A stretch of DNA of 43,553 nucleotides. Source: an uncultured Myxococcales bacterium (lineage in GTDB: Bacteria; Myxococcota_A; Bradymonadia; UBA7976; UBA1532). The DNA lies in the NCBI GenBank assembly GCA_937902595.1, contig CALELH010000620.1, forward strand, positions 1 to 43,553. Direction: 5' to 3'. Within the stretch, counting starts at the first letter, position 1. Each line of letters starts with the position of its first letter. The translations under genes and the position numbers were made by a program. Below, piece after piece: positions 9,246 through 18,631 of this stretch. Under the pieces are notes generated by a model. The model made no database searches. It was not told the origin of the DNA and saw only the letters and a program-made list of their open reading frames with translations.

Positions 9246-10099
9246 GCTCCTGCAGCGCGCCCAGAGACGACTCTGTCGAGGCCTGCATAGTCCTTCAAGA
9301 CGGACACTTCCGAGAAGCCGGCTGCCCCAAAAAGAGCCGAGACTGCCTCCCCCTGATCGTGCCCAATCTCTACGATCAACAGGCCGTCTTCATTGAGCCG
9401 ACTATAGGCTTGCGGCACGAGGCGACGATAGACATCGAGTCCATCGGCTCCTCCATCTAGAGCGAGCCTTGGCTCGAAGGCTCTCACATCGACCATCAAC
9501 TGCTCGATCTCTGCCGATGCGATATAGGGTGGATTGCTCAATATGAGGTCAAACGGCTCTGTTTGTCCCTCGAGCAGGTCTCCTTCGCTCCAGGAGACTC
9601 CCGGTAAACTCAACCGCTCCGCGTTCCCGCGGGCCACAGACAGCGCGTCGGTCGAGATGTCGATGCCCATAACATCACACTGTGGCCGGGCTTTGGCGAT
9701 AGACAGAGCAATGCACCCGCTGCCGCACCCAACATCGACGACTCTCTTGGACTCTCCTTCGGGTATATTGGCCAAAGCACGCTCGACGAGGTGCTCTGTC
9801 TCAGGCCGAGGCACAAGGACGCGGTGATCAACGCCTACATCGATCTCCCAGAAGCCTCGAGTCCCAGTGATGTACGCGACAGGCTCGTTAGCTGCCCTCC
9901 GGCGTACCCGCTCGCGAATCTCCGACAGCTCTTCAGGCTGGAGCGGCTGGTGATGGCGCACGTAGAGACTCACTCGGTCAAGATTCAGCGCGTCGGAAAT
10001 CAAGAGCTCTGCGTCTAAGCGAGCCGTGTCGAAGTCCTTCTCCTCAAAATAGCCTGTCGTCCACTGCAAAACGCGGGCGATTGTCCATGTGTCTGTCAT
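9242..10099 (-). CDS. prmC: Release factor glutamine methyltransferase
   Basis: ARLDAELL, EPVAYITG, VLVPRPETE, DVGCGSG, SNPPYI, EPRLALDGGADGL. Confidence 0.96.
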   Translation of the reverse strand: MTDTWTIARVLQWTTGYFEEKDFDTARLDAELLISDALNLDRVSLYVRHHQPLQPEELSEIRERVRRRAANEPVAYITGTRGFWEIDVGVDHRVLVPRPETEHLVERALANIPEGESKRVVDVGCGSGCIALSIAKARPQCDVMGIDISTDALSVARGNAERLSLPGVSWSEGDLLEGQTEPFDLILSNPPYIASAEIEQLMVDVRAFEPRLALDGGADGLDVYRRLVPQAYSRLNEDGLLIVEIGHDQGEAVSALFGAAGFSEVSVLKDYAGLDRVVSGRAAGA

Positions 10100-10107
10100 T
10101 ATTCGCC

Positions 10108-10659
10108 TTAGATTTCTCGTCTTCGTTTCGCCGTATACCGAGCGTCAAAGAACGCCTTGGAGAAGCCCCTCTTAAACAGCCGCTCGCAATCCGTCTGCTC
10201 CCGACACGTCTCAAGAGGCCCTAGCTCTAGTTTCTCAAAATCCTTCCGCGTCAGCGATAACGCTAGGAACCGTTTTCTGCGCTCTCGAGCGACCCGCCGT
10301 CGAGTGTTCTTCCCGGCGCGAACGACCTCATGAAAACGCAAGATTACGCGCTTCACCATCGGCATTTCGCTGAAAACCCCTCGCGCGCCGGTCGAATACT
10401 GCGTTCTCCCAAACACCAGCCACTGCACAGCCCTCGTCTTGAGGTCGACATCCGACATCCGGTGGACAGGGTGCCAGAGGTCTATCTTGAGGGTCCCTCT
10501 CTTGTAGACAACTTTCTCTGATTCATGGCGTCTCGGGCTGTGGACCAGATAGACGCCCATGAGCTCTTCAACTCGCTCGAGATTTGGACGACTCGACGTC
10601 CCCTGAGCGACGGATATAGTCGGAAAGATCAAGAGCGTCGCGAGCAGGTGTCGGATCAC
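10108..10659 (-). CDS. Hypothetical secreted basic protein
   Basis: Signal-like MIRHLLATLLIFPTISVAQ; ATGA overlap with the gpsA stop; lies between gpsA and prmC. Confidence 0.7.
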   Translation of the reverse strand: MIRHLLATLLIFPTISVAQGTSSRPNLERVEELMGVYLVHSPRRHESEKVVYKRGTLKIDLWHPVHRMSDVDLKTRAVQWLVFGRTQYSTGARGVFSEMPMVKRVILRFHEVVRAGKNTRRRVARERRKRFLALSLTRKDFEKLELGPLETCREQTDCERLFKRGFSKAFFDARYTAKRRREI

Positions 10660-11654
10660 GCTCGCTCCCGCTTAAGGTCGCGAACCATGAGGTCTTCGAC
10701 GGCCTTCCTACCGCATTTCCCCTCGTACAAAATTCTGAACACCTCAGTCGTTATAGGCATCTCAACCCCTTCTCGGTTCGCGAGGTCGTATGCGCTCCGA
10801 GTAGTCTTGACGCCCTCTGCGACTTGCTTCATCTCCTTCAAGATATCGGACAGCGCCTGACCCTGGCCCAACTTAACGCCCACCGTCCGGTTCCGAGACA
10901 GATCTCCAGTACACGTCAGGACCAGGTCGCCCATCCCTGACAGACCGCTCAATGTCAGTGGATTGGCACCTCGGTGTACAGCCAGTCGGGTAATCTCGGC
11001 GAGCCCTCGCGTCAGAAGCGCCGCGCGGGTGTTGTGACCTAACCCTAGGCCGTGCACAACCCCTGCCGCGATAGCGACGACGTTCTTCAACGCACCGCCC
11101 AACTCTACGCCCGTGACATCCTCCGTCGTATAGGCACGAAAATATGGGGTGCTAAACGCCTTCTGAACAAACTCAGCGACACTCGGGAAGCGCGCGGCCA
11201 CCGTCACGGCTGTGGCCATCTGTAGCAGAGTCTCCCGGGCGAAGCTTGGACCGGAGAGGAAGCTGAGGTCACTCCGACACGATGGATCGATCACTTCGGA
11301 GATGACCTCCTCCATGGTCATCAAGGAGTCATTCTCGATACCCTTGGATGCACTCACGATCGGGACACCCGCGCGCAGGAATGGGGCTGCTTCGGTCATA
11401 ACACGCCGCATCGCGTGGCTCGGGACCACGACGCAGACAAGTTCCGCGCCGGACAAAGCGCTCTCCAAGGAGACAGTCGACGTGAGACCTTCCGGTAAAT
11501 CGAGATCTGACTGATAGCGTGGATTCCGACGATCACGATTGATCCCATCAGCGACGATGGGATCACGTGCCCATTGGATCACAGGGCCCTTATCAGCGAG
11601 CACAGCCGCCAAAGCGGTCCCCCAGCTTCCCCCACCGATTACGGCTGATTTCAT
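10656..11654 (-). CDS. gpsA: NAD(P)H-dependent glycerol-3-phosphate dehydrogenase
   Basis: IGGGSWGTALA, SASKGIE, LSGPSFA, GGALKNV, GMGDLVLTC, SRNRTVG, VAEGVKT. Confidence 0.97.
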   Translation of the reverse strand: MKSAVIGGGSWGTALAAVLADKGPVIQWARDPIVADGINRDRRNPRYQSDLDLPEGLTSTVSLESALSGAELVCVVVPSHAMRRVMTEAAPFLRAGVPIVSASKGIENDSLMTMEEVISEVIDPSCRSDLSFLSGPSFARETLLQMATAVTVAARFPSVAEFVQKAFSTPYFRAYTTEDVTGVELGGALKNVVAIAAGVVHGLGLGHNTRAALLTRGLAEITRLAVHRGANPLTLSGLSGMGDLVLTCTGDLSRNRTVGVKLGQGQALSDILKEMKQVAEGVKTTRSAYDLANREGVEMPITTEVFRILYEGKCGRKAVEDLMVRDLKRERA

Positions 11655-11715
11655 CGAAACTCCCTCAAAGTGTAGTGTCTTTGGTCTAGCATATATCTAA
11701 TCGCGCTTCGGGGCA

Positions 11716-12246
11716 TCAGTGAGGCGCAACCATCACAGCAACTCTCAATGGGAGGCTGCTTTTTGCCTGCTCAGGCTCGTAGAGGATCCACTCCACACTC
11801 TTTGGTGGAAGATGGTTTCGAGCGCATCCACAGATCCAGAGTCTGCCGGTCACGTCCACGCCCTCATCGGTCGTGTAGTTGTAGGGTAAGATGTACGTGC
11901 TCTCCCGCTGACCACGAAAGAGCTCATGCAGCATGGGCACGCGGCGTGGTACCCCCAAGGTCCCCTTGACTGCAGGTGCTGTCCGCACGAGCCCAACGCG
12001 CGTCTTGTTCCTTAACACGCTCGCTAAGAAGCCCAGGGCCACGAGCAGCACGCAGAAGACAGCGCCTAAGAGCATGAGCAGGTGATGATTGTAGACAACC
12101 CCGAGGGTCAAGACCCCCAAAGCCCAGAAGAAGAGTTCTCGACAAATCACCGTACCAGGCGTTCGCCAGACCCTCCGATCGTACGCATCTCTAAGGGCGT
12201 ATTGCCGGGGAGGTTCCACCCCGAGCTTCATCGGTTCCTTGGTCAT
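11716..12246 (-). CDS. Hypothetical two-TM membrane protein
   Basis: Two hydrophobic segments followed by a soluble beta-rich region (YNYTTDEG...YEPEQ); overlaps the tsaB stop. Confidence 0.65.
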   Translation of the reverse strand: MTKEPMKLGVEPPRQYALRDAYDRRVWRTPGTVICRELFFWALGVLTLGVVYNHHLLMLLGAVFCVLLVALGFLASVLRNKTRVGLVRTAPAVKGTLGVPRRVPMLHELFRGQRESTYILPYNYTTDEGVDVTGRLWICGCARNHLPPKSVEWILYEPEQAKSSLPLRVAVMVAPH

Positions 12247-12923
12247 TTCTTCGTCGGGGGGCGAAGCGCTGCATCTGGGTAGCCGTCCGGATAGTTGATC
12301 TCTGCGTCCGACTTCCGAACATAGACAGGCTCCAGAGTCGCTAACGCCTGTGGTGACTCAAGGTCAACGAGGCTAGGGAGTAGCGCGGCCCTTGGGTGAT
12401 GGAGGGCTGGGTCATCGATCACGCTGATACCAGGCATCGTCTCCGTAAGGATCGATTCATAGAGTGTCGCGCCGTCACCCACCAGTCGATAGACACCGTC
12501 CTCGAGCAGCTCTGCGACCCGACTCGGGTCGCAGCACACGGGTTCACTTATGGGCCCGCCCTCCACATAGACTTGACCGCGACGCGCGTCCAGCACAGCC
12601 ACGGCGTCTTCCCCAACGCCTGCCCTTATGAGATGAGTCGTGCGTGCCCCATAGATGGGCTTATTGAGCGCTAAGGCAAACCCCTTGAGCGTCGCCAGAC
12701 AGATCCTCAATCCAGTGAAGCTGCCAGGCCCCAGGCCTGAGACGAATCCGTCTACATCACCCAGGCACCAGCCTGATTGCATCAGTAAACCGTCCACATC
12801 ATCTAGAATACCCGGTCCATGACCACGATGACGCTCAACACGATGCTCGGCCACAATTTGACCTCCATCGATGAGCGCGACGGACTCAAAAAACGTGGCT
12901 GTATCGATACATAGAAGCTTCAT
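12243..12923 (-). CDS. tsaB: tRNA threonylcarbamoyladenosine biosynthesis protein TsaB
   Basis: LLCIDTAT, GPGSFTGLRI, DARRGQVY, LEPVYVRKSDAE. Confidence 0.95.
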   Translation of the reverse strand: MKLLCIDTATFFESVALIDGGQIVAEHRVERHRGHGPGILDDVDGLLMQSGWCLGDVDGFVSGLGPGSFTGLRICLATLKGFALALNKPIYGARTTHLIRAGVGEDAVAVLDARRGQVYVEGGPISEPVCCDPSRVAELLEDGVYRLVGDGATLYESILTETMPGISVIDDPALHHPRAALLPSLVDLESPQALATLEPVYVRKSDAEINYPDGYPDAALRPPTKK

Positions 12924-12946
12924 TGAAACTACACACTCTCTCGGAA

Positions 12947-14971
12947 CTATAGATCCACGGGATTAACGAGCCGGATGGAGGTTAGGTCAGCGAACCAGCG
13001 GCCACTGATATTCTTCATCGTCACCAGGATATCACGTCCCCCAACCTCTGCCCTGACCACCCTCTTCGTTTTGCTATCAGCGCCCTCAACAATCTGAGGT
13101 ACGGAGGCAGGCGCGAGCTCAAAGCGCCATCCTAGGAACACGACCAAGCGCTCAGCGATCGCCTCTTTGGTCGCCGAATTAGGTAAGCCGACCTTCTCGG
13201 CGATGAGGGTACGAGTCTCAGGGGTCACCTGAGCCAATTGCCCACTCACGTCATTTCGATAGACGCTGCCCATCAACCCTTTTAGACGGTCGATAGAGAC
13301 ATGATCATCGGGTTTAACCGTGCGCCAGGTTCTCACCGAATCATTCACCATAGCGAAGACAAACAGCCCCAAGATGAAGATGACGCCAACCCGCTGAAAC
13401 GCCTCCAGGACTTGAGGGGAGGTCGGTCTGCGAGTGATCAATTCAACAAAGGCCACCAAGATATGACCACCATCCAATAGCGGGATTGGCAGCAGGTTGA
13501 AGAAGCCGATACTAAGACTGAGTAAAACCATCAGGTTGAGATAGACGTCCCAACCCTGCTTAGCCGCGCGGCCCGCGAGTTGAAATATAGTCAAGGGACC
13601 GCTCAGCTGCGTGGGGCTCACCGCGCCCGTGAACATGCCACCGATGGCTCGAAGGATCTGCTCCGTTTGTCGCGTGAAGCGACTGTGAGCCTCATACCAG
13701 GCGTGGGCGAGCCGATCCTGATTGACGACCTTCTCATTGGGAATCATCTCGTAACGCGGACGCGAGAACCCTAGACTCCAGATCGTATACTCGCCCGCCA
13801 TCGCATCCGTTCGAGACACGGCGCGCCTCTGCAAACTCCCCGTCATCATCTCGCCGTCACGCAGCCACTGTAGCGTCTTCGGACGCTCTGGATGTGTGTT
13901 GAGACGACGGTTGAGAAACGCGCCTAAGTTCTGAGTGAACCCATCAACGGAGATGAGACAGTCACCCTGCTTAAGGATCTCGCTCGCTGGGCCGTTCGGA
14001 TCGACGGAGGTCACACAGGTACCCGCGTGGCGGAGGCCTGGCGCTTCGCCAGCCTCACGCACCGAATACTTAAGCTCTACCCGTGTCCTATGACGAAGAA
14101 AGTCGAGGGTCGGCAGCACCGCATCGCCCACGCGCTCAACGACCACGGTGACCGTCGTATCAGGAGTGACCGCGCGCAGCCTTTCCATTACATCAAGAAA
14201 GCGAACAGTCTCGACTCCACCGACGGATAAGACCTTATCAAAGGTCCTAATTCCTGCGCGGGCAGACGGGCTGTTTGGCTCTGTAACCGCCACGAGTGGA
14301 TTGAGCATGTCGGGCTGGTAACCGATGACGAATGTGGTCTTCGTATAGCCCAGAAAAGGATCCGAGTAGTGAACCGCCTTCGGCCGTACGCTCAGAGTCT
14401 TGGAGCCGCCAGCGCGCTCAACGACGATACTCAATGGTTCATCGCCAGGCTCGTAGGCGTTTATGTGCTCAATGACCTGCCAGAACGCATGAATCGAATT
14501 TCCATCGATAGATGTGATGGTGTCCCCCTTGCGGAGACCAGCCAAGTGACCCGGCATGCTGTGGTCTGTCGCCCCAACCCGACTGCTGTGTACCTCATCG
14601 TATTGGTCGCTGAACGCCACCATGGGGAGCACGATCAGGAAGGGCAGGAGAATATTCATCGCGGGTCCGGCGAAGGCGATGGCGATCCGGGCGATGGCCG
14701 ACTGCTCCGGAAGACTGCGCCCCTCGTCTTCGGGCGACACCTCATCTTCTGGATCCTGACCGAGCATTCGGACGTAGCCACCAAATGGAATCCAAGCGAT
14801 TCGATAATTCGTCTCACCGCGAGTGATCTCCAAGATGGGCCGCCCGAATCCAATCGAGAAGACCTCCACCTTGACCCCGCATAATTTGGCGACGATGAAG
14901 TGGCCAAACTCATGGATCGTAATCAACACGCCGACCAAGACGATCGCCGCGATAATCGTGAGGGGCGTCAT
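12947..14971 (-). CDS. rseP: RIP metalloprotease RseP with PDZ domains and an extra C-terminal domain
   Basis: HEFGH, FSIGFG, IPFGGYVRM, AGPAMN, PDZ-like GLRKGDTITSIDG and GIRTFDKVLSVGG, NLLPIPLLDGG. Start placed at the ATG at 14971, which overlaps the cdsA stop (ATGA). Confidence 0.93.
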   Translation of the reverse strand: MTPLTIIAAIVLVGVLITIHEFGHFIVAKLCGVKVEVFSIGFGRPILEITRGETNYRIAWIPFGGYVRMLGQDPEDEVSPEDEGRSLPEQSAIARIAIAFAGPAMNILLPFLIVLPMVAFSDQYDEVHSSRVGATDHSMPGHLAGLRKGDTITSIDGNSIHAFWQVIEHINAYEPGDEPLSIVVERAGGSKTLSVRPKAVHYSDPFLGYTKTTFVIGYQPDMLNPLVAVTEPNSPSARAGIRTFDKVLSVGGVETVRFLDVMERLRAVTPDTTVTVVVERVGDAVLPTLDFLRHRTRVELKYSVREAGEAPGLRHAGTCVTSVDPNGPASEILKQGDCLISVDGFTQNLGAFLNRRLNTHPERPKTLQWLRDGEMMTGSLQRRAVSRTDAMAGEYTIWSLGFSRPRYEMIPNEKVVNQDRLAHAWYEAHSRFTRQTEQILRAIGGMFTGAVSPTQLSGPLTIFQLAGRAAKQGWDVYLNLMVLLSLSIGFFNLLPIPLLDGGHILVAFVELITRRPTSPQVLEAFQRVGVIFILGLFVFAMVNDSVRTWRTVKPDDHVSIDRLKGLMGSVYRNDVSGQLAQVTPETRTLIAEKVGLPNSATKEAIAERLVVFLGWRFELAPASVPQIVEGADSKTKRVVRAEVGGRDILVTMKNISGRWFADLTSIRLVNPVDL

Positions 14972-15780
14972 CGAGTGAAGTGCTCCAAGTAGAGCCAGAC
15001 GAAGGGACCACAAAAGAGCAGAGCATCAACGCGATCGAGGATGCCTCCGTGACCAGGGATCAGATCTCCGGAATCCTTAACATCAAAGGATCGCTTCATG
15101 AGCGACTCGACCAGGTCTCCGATAATGGCGAATGATGAGCCGACCGCACCGAGAATCACGCAATCCAGACTAGTGAGAGAGTCCAAACCAGGCACATAGG
15201 CCTGGCACAGAAATGTGAAACCGATCGCGGTCGCCATGCCACCGACAGCACCCTCAATCGTCTTCTTCGGGCTGACGAGCGGATAGAGCTTATGCTTCCC
15301 AAAATACCGCCCCGAAAAGTAAGCCCCCGTGTCGGAACCAAAGGTGATGGCCATCGCCAGGAGAACGATCCAACCACCCTGGGGCTCCAAACGCATTAAA
15401 AGAATAAACGGGAAGGTCGCGCCCAAGTAGAGCAGGCCACAGACATCCAAGGAGAGAGTTGGAAAAGCTGACTCGATAGGCTCTGGACGCGCCAGGCGCA
15501 TGACAGCGAGTAAAATAAAGCCAAGAGCGAGAGCCAGTCCATGGCTATACCCAGTGCACTTCATCGCGATCACGGGCCACAGGATGACGGCTTCACAGAC
15601 CAAAACAAAGAGAACGACGTCAACGGTCTCAGCCTCGGGGCGCGCCATTCGCTGATATTCTCGTGCCCCCACGGCCCCAGCGAGGGCGACAACGCCCGCA
15701 AAGACCCACCAGGGGGTGTAGAGCAATACGGCGACGATCCCGACAGCCATCACGATCCCTGAAAGTACTCGACTCAACAT
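14968..15780 (-). CDS. cdsA: Phosphatidate cytidylyltransferase
   Basis: SDTGAYFSG, VSPKKTIEG, GDLVESLMKR, KDSGDLIPGHGGILDRVD. Confidence 0.96.
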   Translation of the reverse strand: MLSRVLSGIVMAVGIVAVLLYTPWWVFAGVVALAGAVGAREYQRMARPEAETVDVVLFVLVCEAVILWPVIAMKCTGYSHGLALALGFILLAVMRLARPEPIESAFPTLSLDVCGLLYLGATFPFILLMRLEPQGGWIVLLAMAITFGSDTGAYFSGRYFGKHKLYPLVSPKKTIEGAVGGMATAIGFTFLCQAYVPGLDSLTSLDCVILGAVGSSFAIIGDLVESLMKRSFDVKDSGDLIPGHGGILDRVDALLFCGPFVWLYLEHFTR

Positions 15781-15825
15781 GATGTCTCTCCAAGAAGGAC
15801 ACTTAAACTAGTCTGTGGCTCGACC

Positions 15826-16791
15826 CTACGCGTGGTCAGCCAGGGCACGAACGCTAGAGACCGAGGCTAAGATCGCGCGCAGCGATCCATTCTCAGGCTC
15901 ACATTCAATGGCGTCTTTTAGAGCGTCTTCAGCTTTTTTCCAATCACCTATGCTCCGGGCGCTCAATCCACGGACCACAGCGAGGCGTCCCTCAGGCGTC
16001 TCACATACGCTCAACTCTCGCCGCGAAGAGGCGCGGAGAACCTCGGGATCATAACGGAGCGCGCCTCGAGTTCTTAAACAGAGGTCATAGACTGCCCGTC
16101 GAACCGGATTCTCCAAGACATGGTAGGCCTCTGAGAGACGTTTATAGATGTTCTCTATCCGACGATGCAGAAAGCCGCTGCCTTGGAGTAGGCTCCGATA
16201 CCGGTCCGGGTGTGACAGCTCAGCGAGTCGGTGAAAGCGCTCCCTTATATCTTCATGCGTCGCGGTTCTAGGCACACCAAAGACACCGTAATAGTCCTGG
16301 TAGCTCATACCGCCAAAGAGCGTATCAAGCTCGACAACAAGCTCCGACGGGAGGACGCCAAAGTCGGCTAATGGAGCGCGCTCGATCAGAGCCTCCTCCA
16401 TCTTCTCTTGAAATAAGGTGCGCGGCGCGCTTCGCGGCAGACCGACATCGGCGTTCGCTCGTTGACAGAGCCGCGCCGAAGCGTCGCGGTCCGAAAGTGA
16501 CTGCCCAACCAAGGCGATGGTCAAAGACCAGCCGTGGCGAGTCATCCTTAGGCGGCGGCATAGCTTCTCGACCTTGGGCACATCCGCGTCGATGACGACC
16601 AGCCGAGAGCGATGTCTCACCCTGCTCAGTAGCGCAGGCTGGGTGACCTCGTCGGTCACAAGGTCCAAGCTCCCGACCGCCTGAATCACGACATCGCGAA
16701 CGCCACCCGTCAAACAGATGTGAGCGATCTTTCGATCGACGGAGGATCGCTTGAGCGAGACCCGACCTAAATGGCTCGAACGTTGTTCCAC
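15826..16791 (-). CDS. J-domain protein with N-terminal receiver-like domain and C-terminal TPR-like helices
   Basis: DYYGVFGV..RFHRLAELSHPDRY..EAYHVLENPVRRAVYD (J domain with intact HPD). The GTG start shares 1 nt with the Hsp70 TAG stop. Confidence 0.85.
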   Translation of the reverse strand: MEQRSSHLGRVSLKRSSVDRKIAHICLTGGVRDVVIQAVGSLDLVTDEVTQPALLSRVRHRSRLVVIDADVPKVEKLCRRLRMTRHGWSLTIALVGQSLSDRDASARLCQRANADVGLPRSAPRTLFQEKMEEALIERAPLADFGVLPSELVVELDTLFGGMSYQDYYGVFGVPRTATHEDIRERFHRLAELSHPDRYRSLLQGSGFLHRRIENIYKRLSEAYHVLENPVRRAVYDLCLRTRGALRYDPEVLRASSRRELSVCETPEGRLAVVRGLSARSIGDWKKAEDALKDAIECEPENGSLRAILASVSSVRALADHA

Positions 16792-18368
16792 TAAGAGCTC
16801 CGCGCGCGCATCGCGTCGATGTCGTCAGGATCATAGCCTGCGGAGACCCGTACGTGAGCGGCCTGAGCGCGCCCAGTCTCAAGATCTCGCGCCGTCACGA
16901 CGACAAGTCCATTCGCGTCGATCTCGAAGGTGACCTCGATCTGAATCTGACCACGAGGCGCCGGACGTAGACCGTAAAGCTCGATCTCGCCCAAGCGCGT
17001 GTTCTCCGCGACGATTCGGCTCTCACCCTGAAAGATCCTGATGCTGACGGATTCCTGATTATCCTTCGTCGTCGTAAAGACCTGGGTCCTTTCGCATGGA
17101 ATTTGGGCATTCCGCTCAATCAAGACCTCAAAAATCTCGCTGACACTCTGAATCCCCAGAGATTGAGGGGCGACATCTAAGAGCAGCGCATGGGCGCCGG
17201 TGTTTCCCTCAACCAAGTGGTCCTGGACCAGCGCAGCCCCCTGAATCGCCGCACCAATCGCGACAACCTCATCAGGGTTCACTTCAGCCAAGACCTCCCG
17301 ACCGAAATATTGTTTCACCATCTCCCTCACGAGAGGCATCCGGGTGCTGCCGCCCACCAGCACAACCTCGTCCAAGTCCTGCACCGTGAGGCGCGCGTTC
17401 CGAAGCGCCTCATCGCAGATAAGGAAGGTTCGCTGGACGATGTCCTTACACCGCTCACCAAAGCCTTTCCGGTCCAGTTGAAACCTGAGATCGAGAGGCG
17501 CACCAGCCTCGTCTTGAGCGAGCTCATGGACCATCACGATGGCTTTGTCCGTCTCCGTGAGCTCACGCTTGGTCTTCTCTGCCACGTGCTTGAGCCTGCC
17601 CCAGACAAAGGGGTCATCATCCAAGGCGACGTCATGTTGTTTCTTAAAGGCAGCGATCATGTACCTGGCGAGGCGATCATCGAAGTCGTCCCCTCCCAAA
17701 AAACTGTCCCCTGCTGTCGAGACCACCTCAAACACATTCTTGCGTACATCTAAGAGCGTAATGTCAAAGGTCCCGCCCCCAAAATCGTAGATGGCGATGC
17801 GGGCGTTAACGTCGTCGCCATACCCATAGGCGAGCGCTGCGGCCGTCGGCTCATTAATGACACGAATCACGTCGATCCCTGCGAGCTCGCCGGCGAGCTT
17901 AGTCATCTGCCTTTGAGTATCATTGAAATTCGCTGGGACGGTGATCACCGCCTTTCGAATGGGTTGGCCCACATAAGCCTCGGCGATGTCCTTCATACGA
18001 CGCAGGACCATCCCGCTCACTTCGGGGAGCGCGAATTTCTGACCGCGTATCTCTACAAAGGATTCCTGTTGGCGGCCCTTAACGACGCGATAAGGCATAG
18101 AACGCCGGATGGATCTGATCTGTTCACTGTCGAAAGATCGACCAATCAACCGCTTGGCAGACACAACGCTGTTGACCGGATCGACCACAGATTCCTGCCG
18201 AGCTTGGTTACCCACGAGCACCGAGCCATCTTCCAGAAACGAGACCACCGACGCCTGTATCGAATCGCCTGTCTCATCTGGAATCACATGTACGGAACCG
18301 TTAAGTACAACGGCCACACAGGAATTAGTGGTCCCAAGGTCAACCCCTAAGACGGGTTCCAAAGACAA
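16791..18368 (-). CDS. Hsp70/DnaK-family protein lacking the C-terminal alpha-helical lid
   Basis: GVDLGTTNS, TVPANFND, INEPTAAALAYG, YDFGGGTFD, LVGGSTRMP, linker LLLDV, DNQESVSIRIFQGE; only 525 aa. Confidence 0.93.
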   Translation of the reverse strand: MSLEPVLGVDLGTTNSCVAVVLNGSVHVIPDETGDSIQASVVSFLEDGSVLVGNQARQESVVDPVNSVVSAKRLIGRSFDSEQIRSIRRSMPYRVVKGRQQESFVEIRGQKFALPEVSGMVLRRMKDIAEAYVGQPIRKAVITVPANFNDTQRQMTKLAGELAGIDVIRVINEPTAAALAYGYGDDVNARIAIYDFGGGTFDITLLDVRKNVFEVVSTAGDSFLGGDDFDDRLARYMIAAFKKQHDVALDDDPFVWGRLKHVAEKTKRELTETDKAIVMVHELAQDEAGAPLDLRFQLDRKGFGERCKDIVQRTFLICDEALRNARLTVQDLDEVVLVGGSTRMPLVREMVKQYFGREVLAEVNPDEVVAIGAAIQGAALVQDHLVEGNTGAHALLLDVAPQSLGIQSVSEIFEVLIERNAQIPCERTQVFTTTKDNQESVSIRIFQGESRIVAENTRLGEIELYGLRPAPRGQIQIEVTFEIDANGLVVVTARDLETGRAQAAHVRVSAGYDPDDIDAMRARSS

Positions 18369-18507
18369 ACTTCCCTCCTTGCGCTGCTCCAGAGCAGGGT
18401 TAACATCCTATCCTGCATGAGTGCGATGCCAAACCCTAAAGAGACCCCTCTCTTCTGCAACGTATTCTATCCCGTACCGGCGCTGAGATCCTTAAATCTA
18501 GATCAGG

Positions 18508-18536
18508 TTGACGAGATTAAACCGTCCCCCTAGACT
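18508..18536 (+). promoter_or_regulatory. Putative sigma70-type promoter of ffh
   Basis: TTGACG-17 nt-TAGACT, about 95 nt upstream of the ffh start. Confidence 0.65.
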
Positions 18537-18631
18537 GCCGTTCCTTTAGGGACCCCTTGTTCTAAGCCCTGCGCCGCCTAAAGAGCGTCGCGTTTGGGAC
18601 ATGGCCCCGGCAGACAATACCGAGATTTTTC

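Noticed and set aside
8508-10099. Two NPP[FY] methyltransferases as a possible restriction-modification or defence locus
   Set aside because: One is clearly PrmC and the other resembles a tRNA methylase; no nuclease is adjacent.
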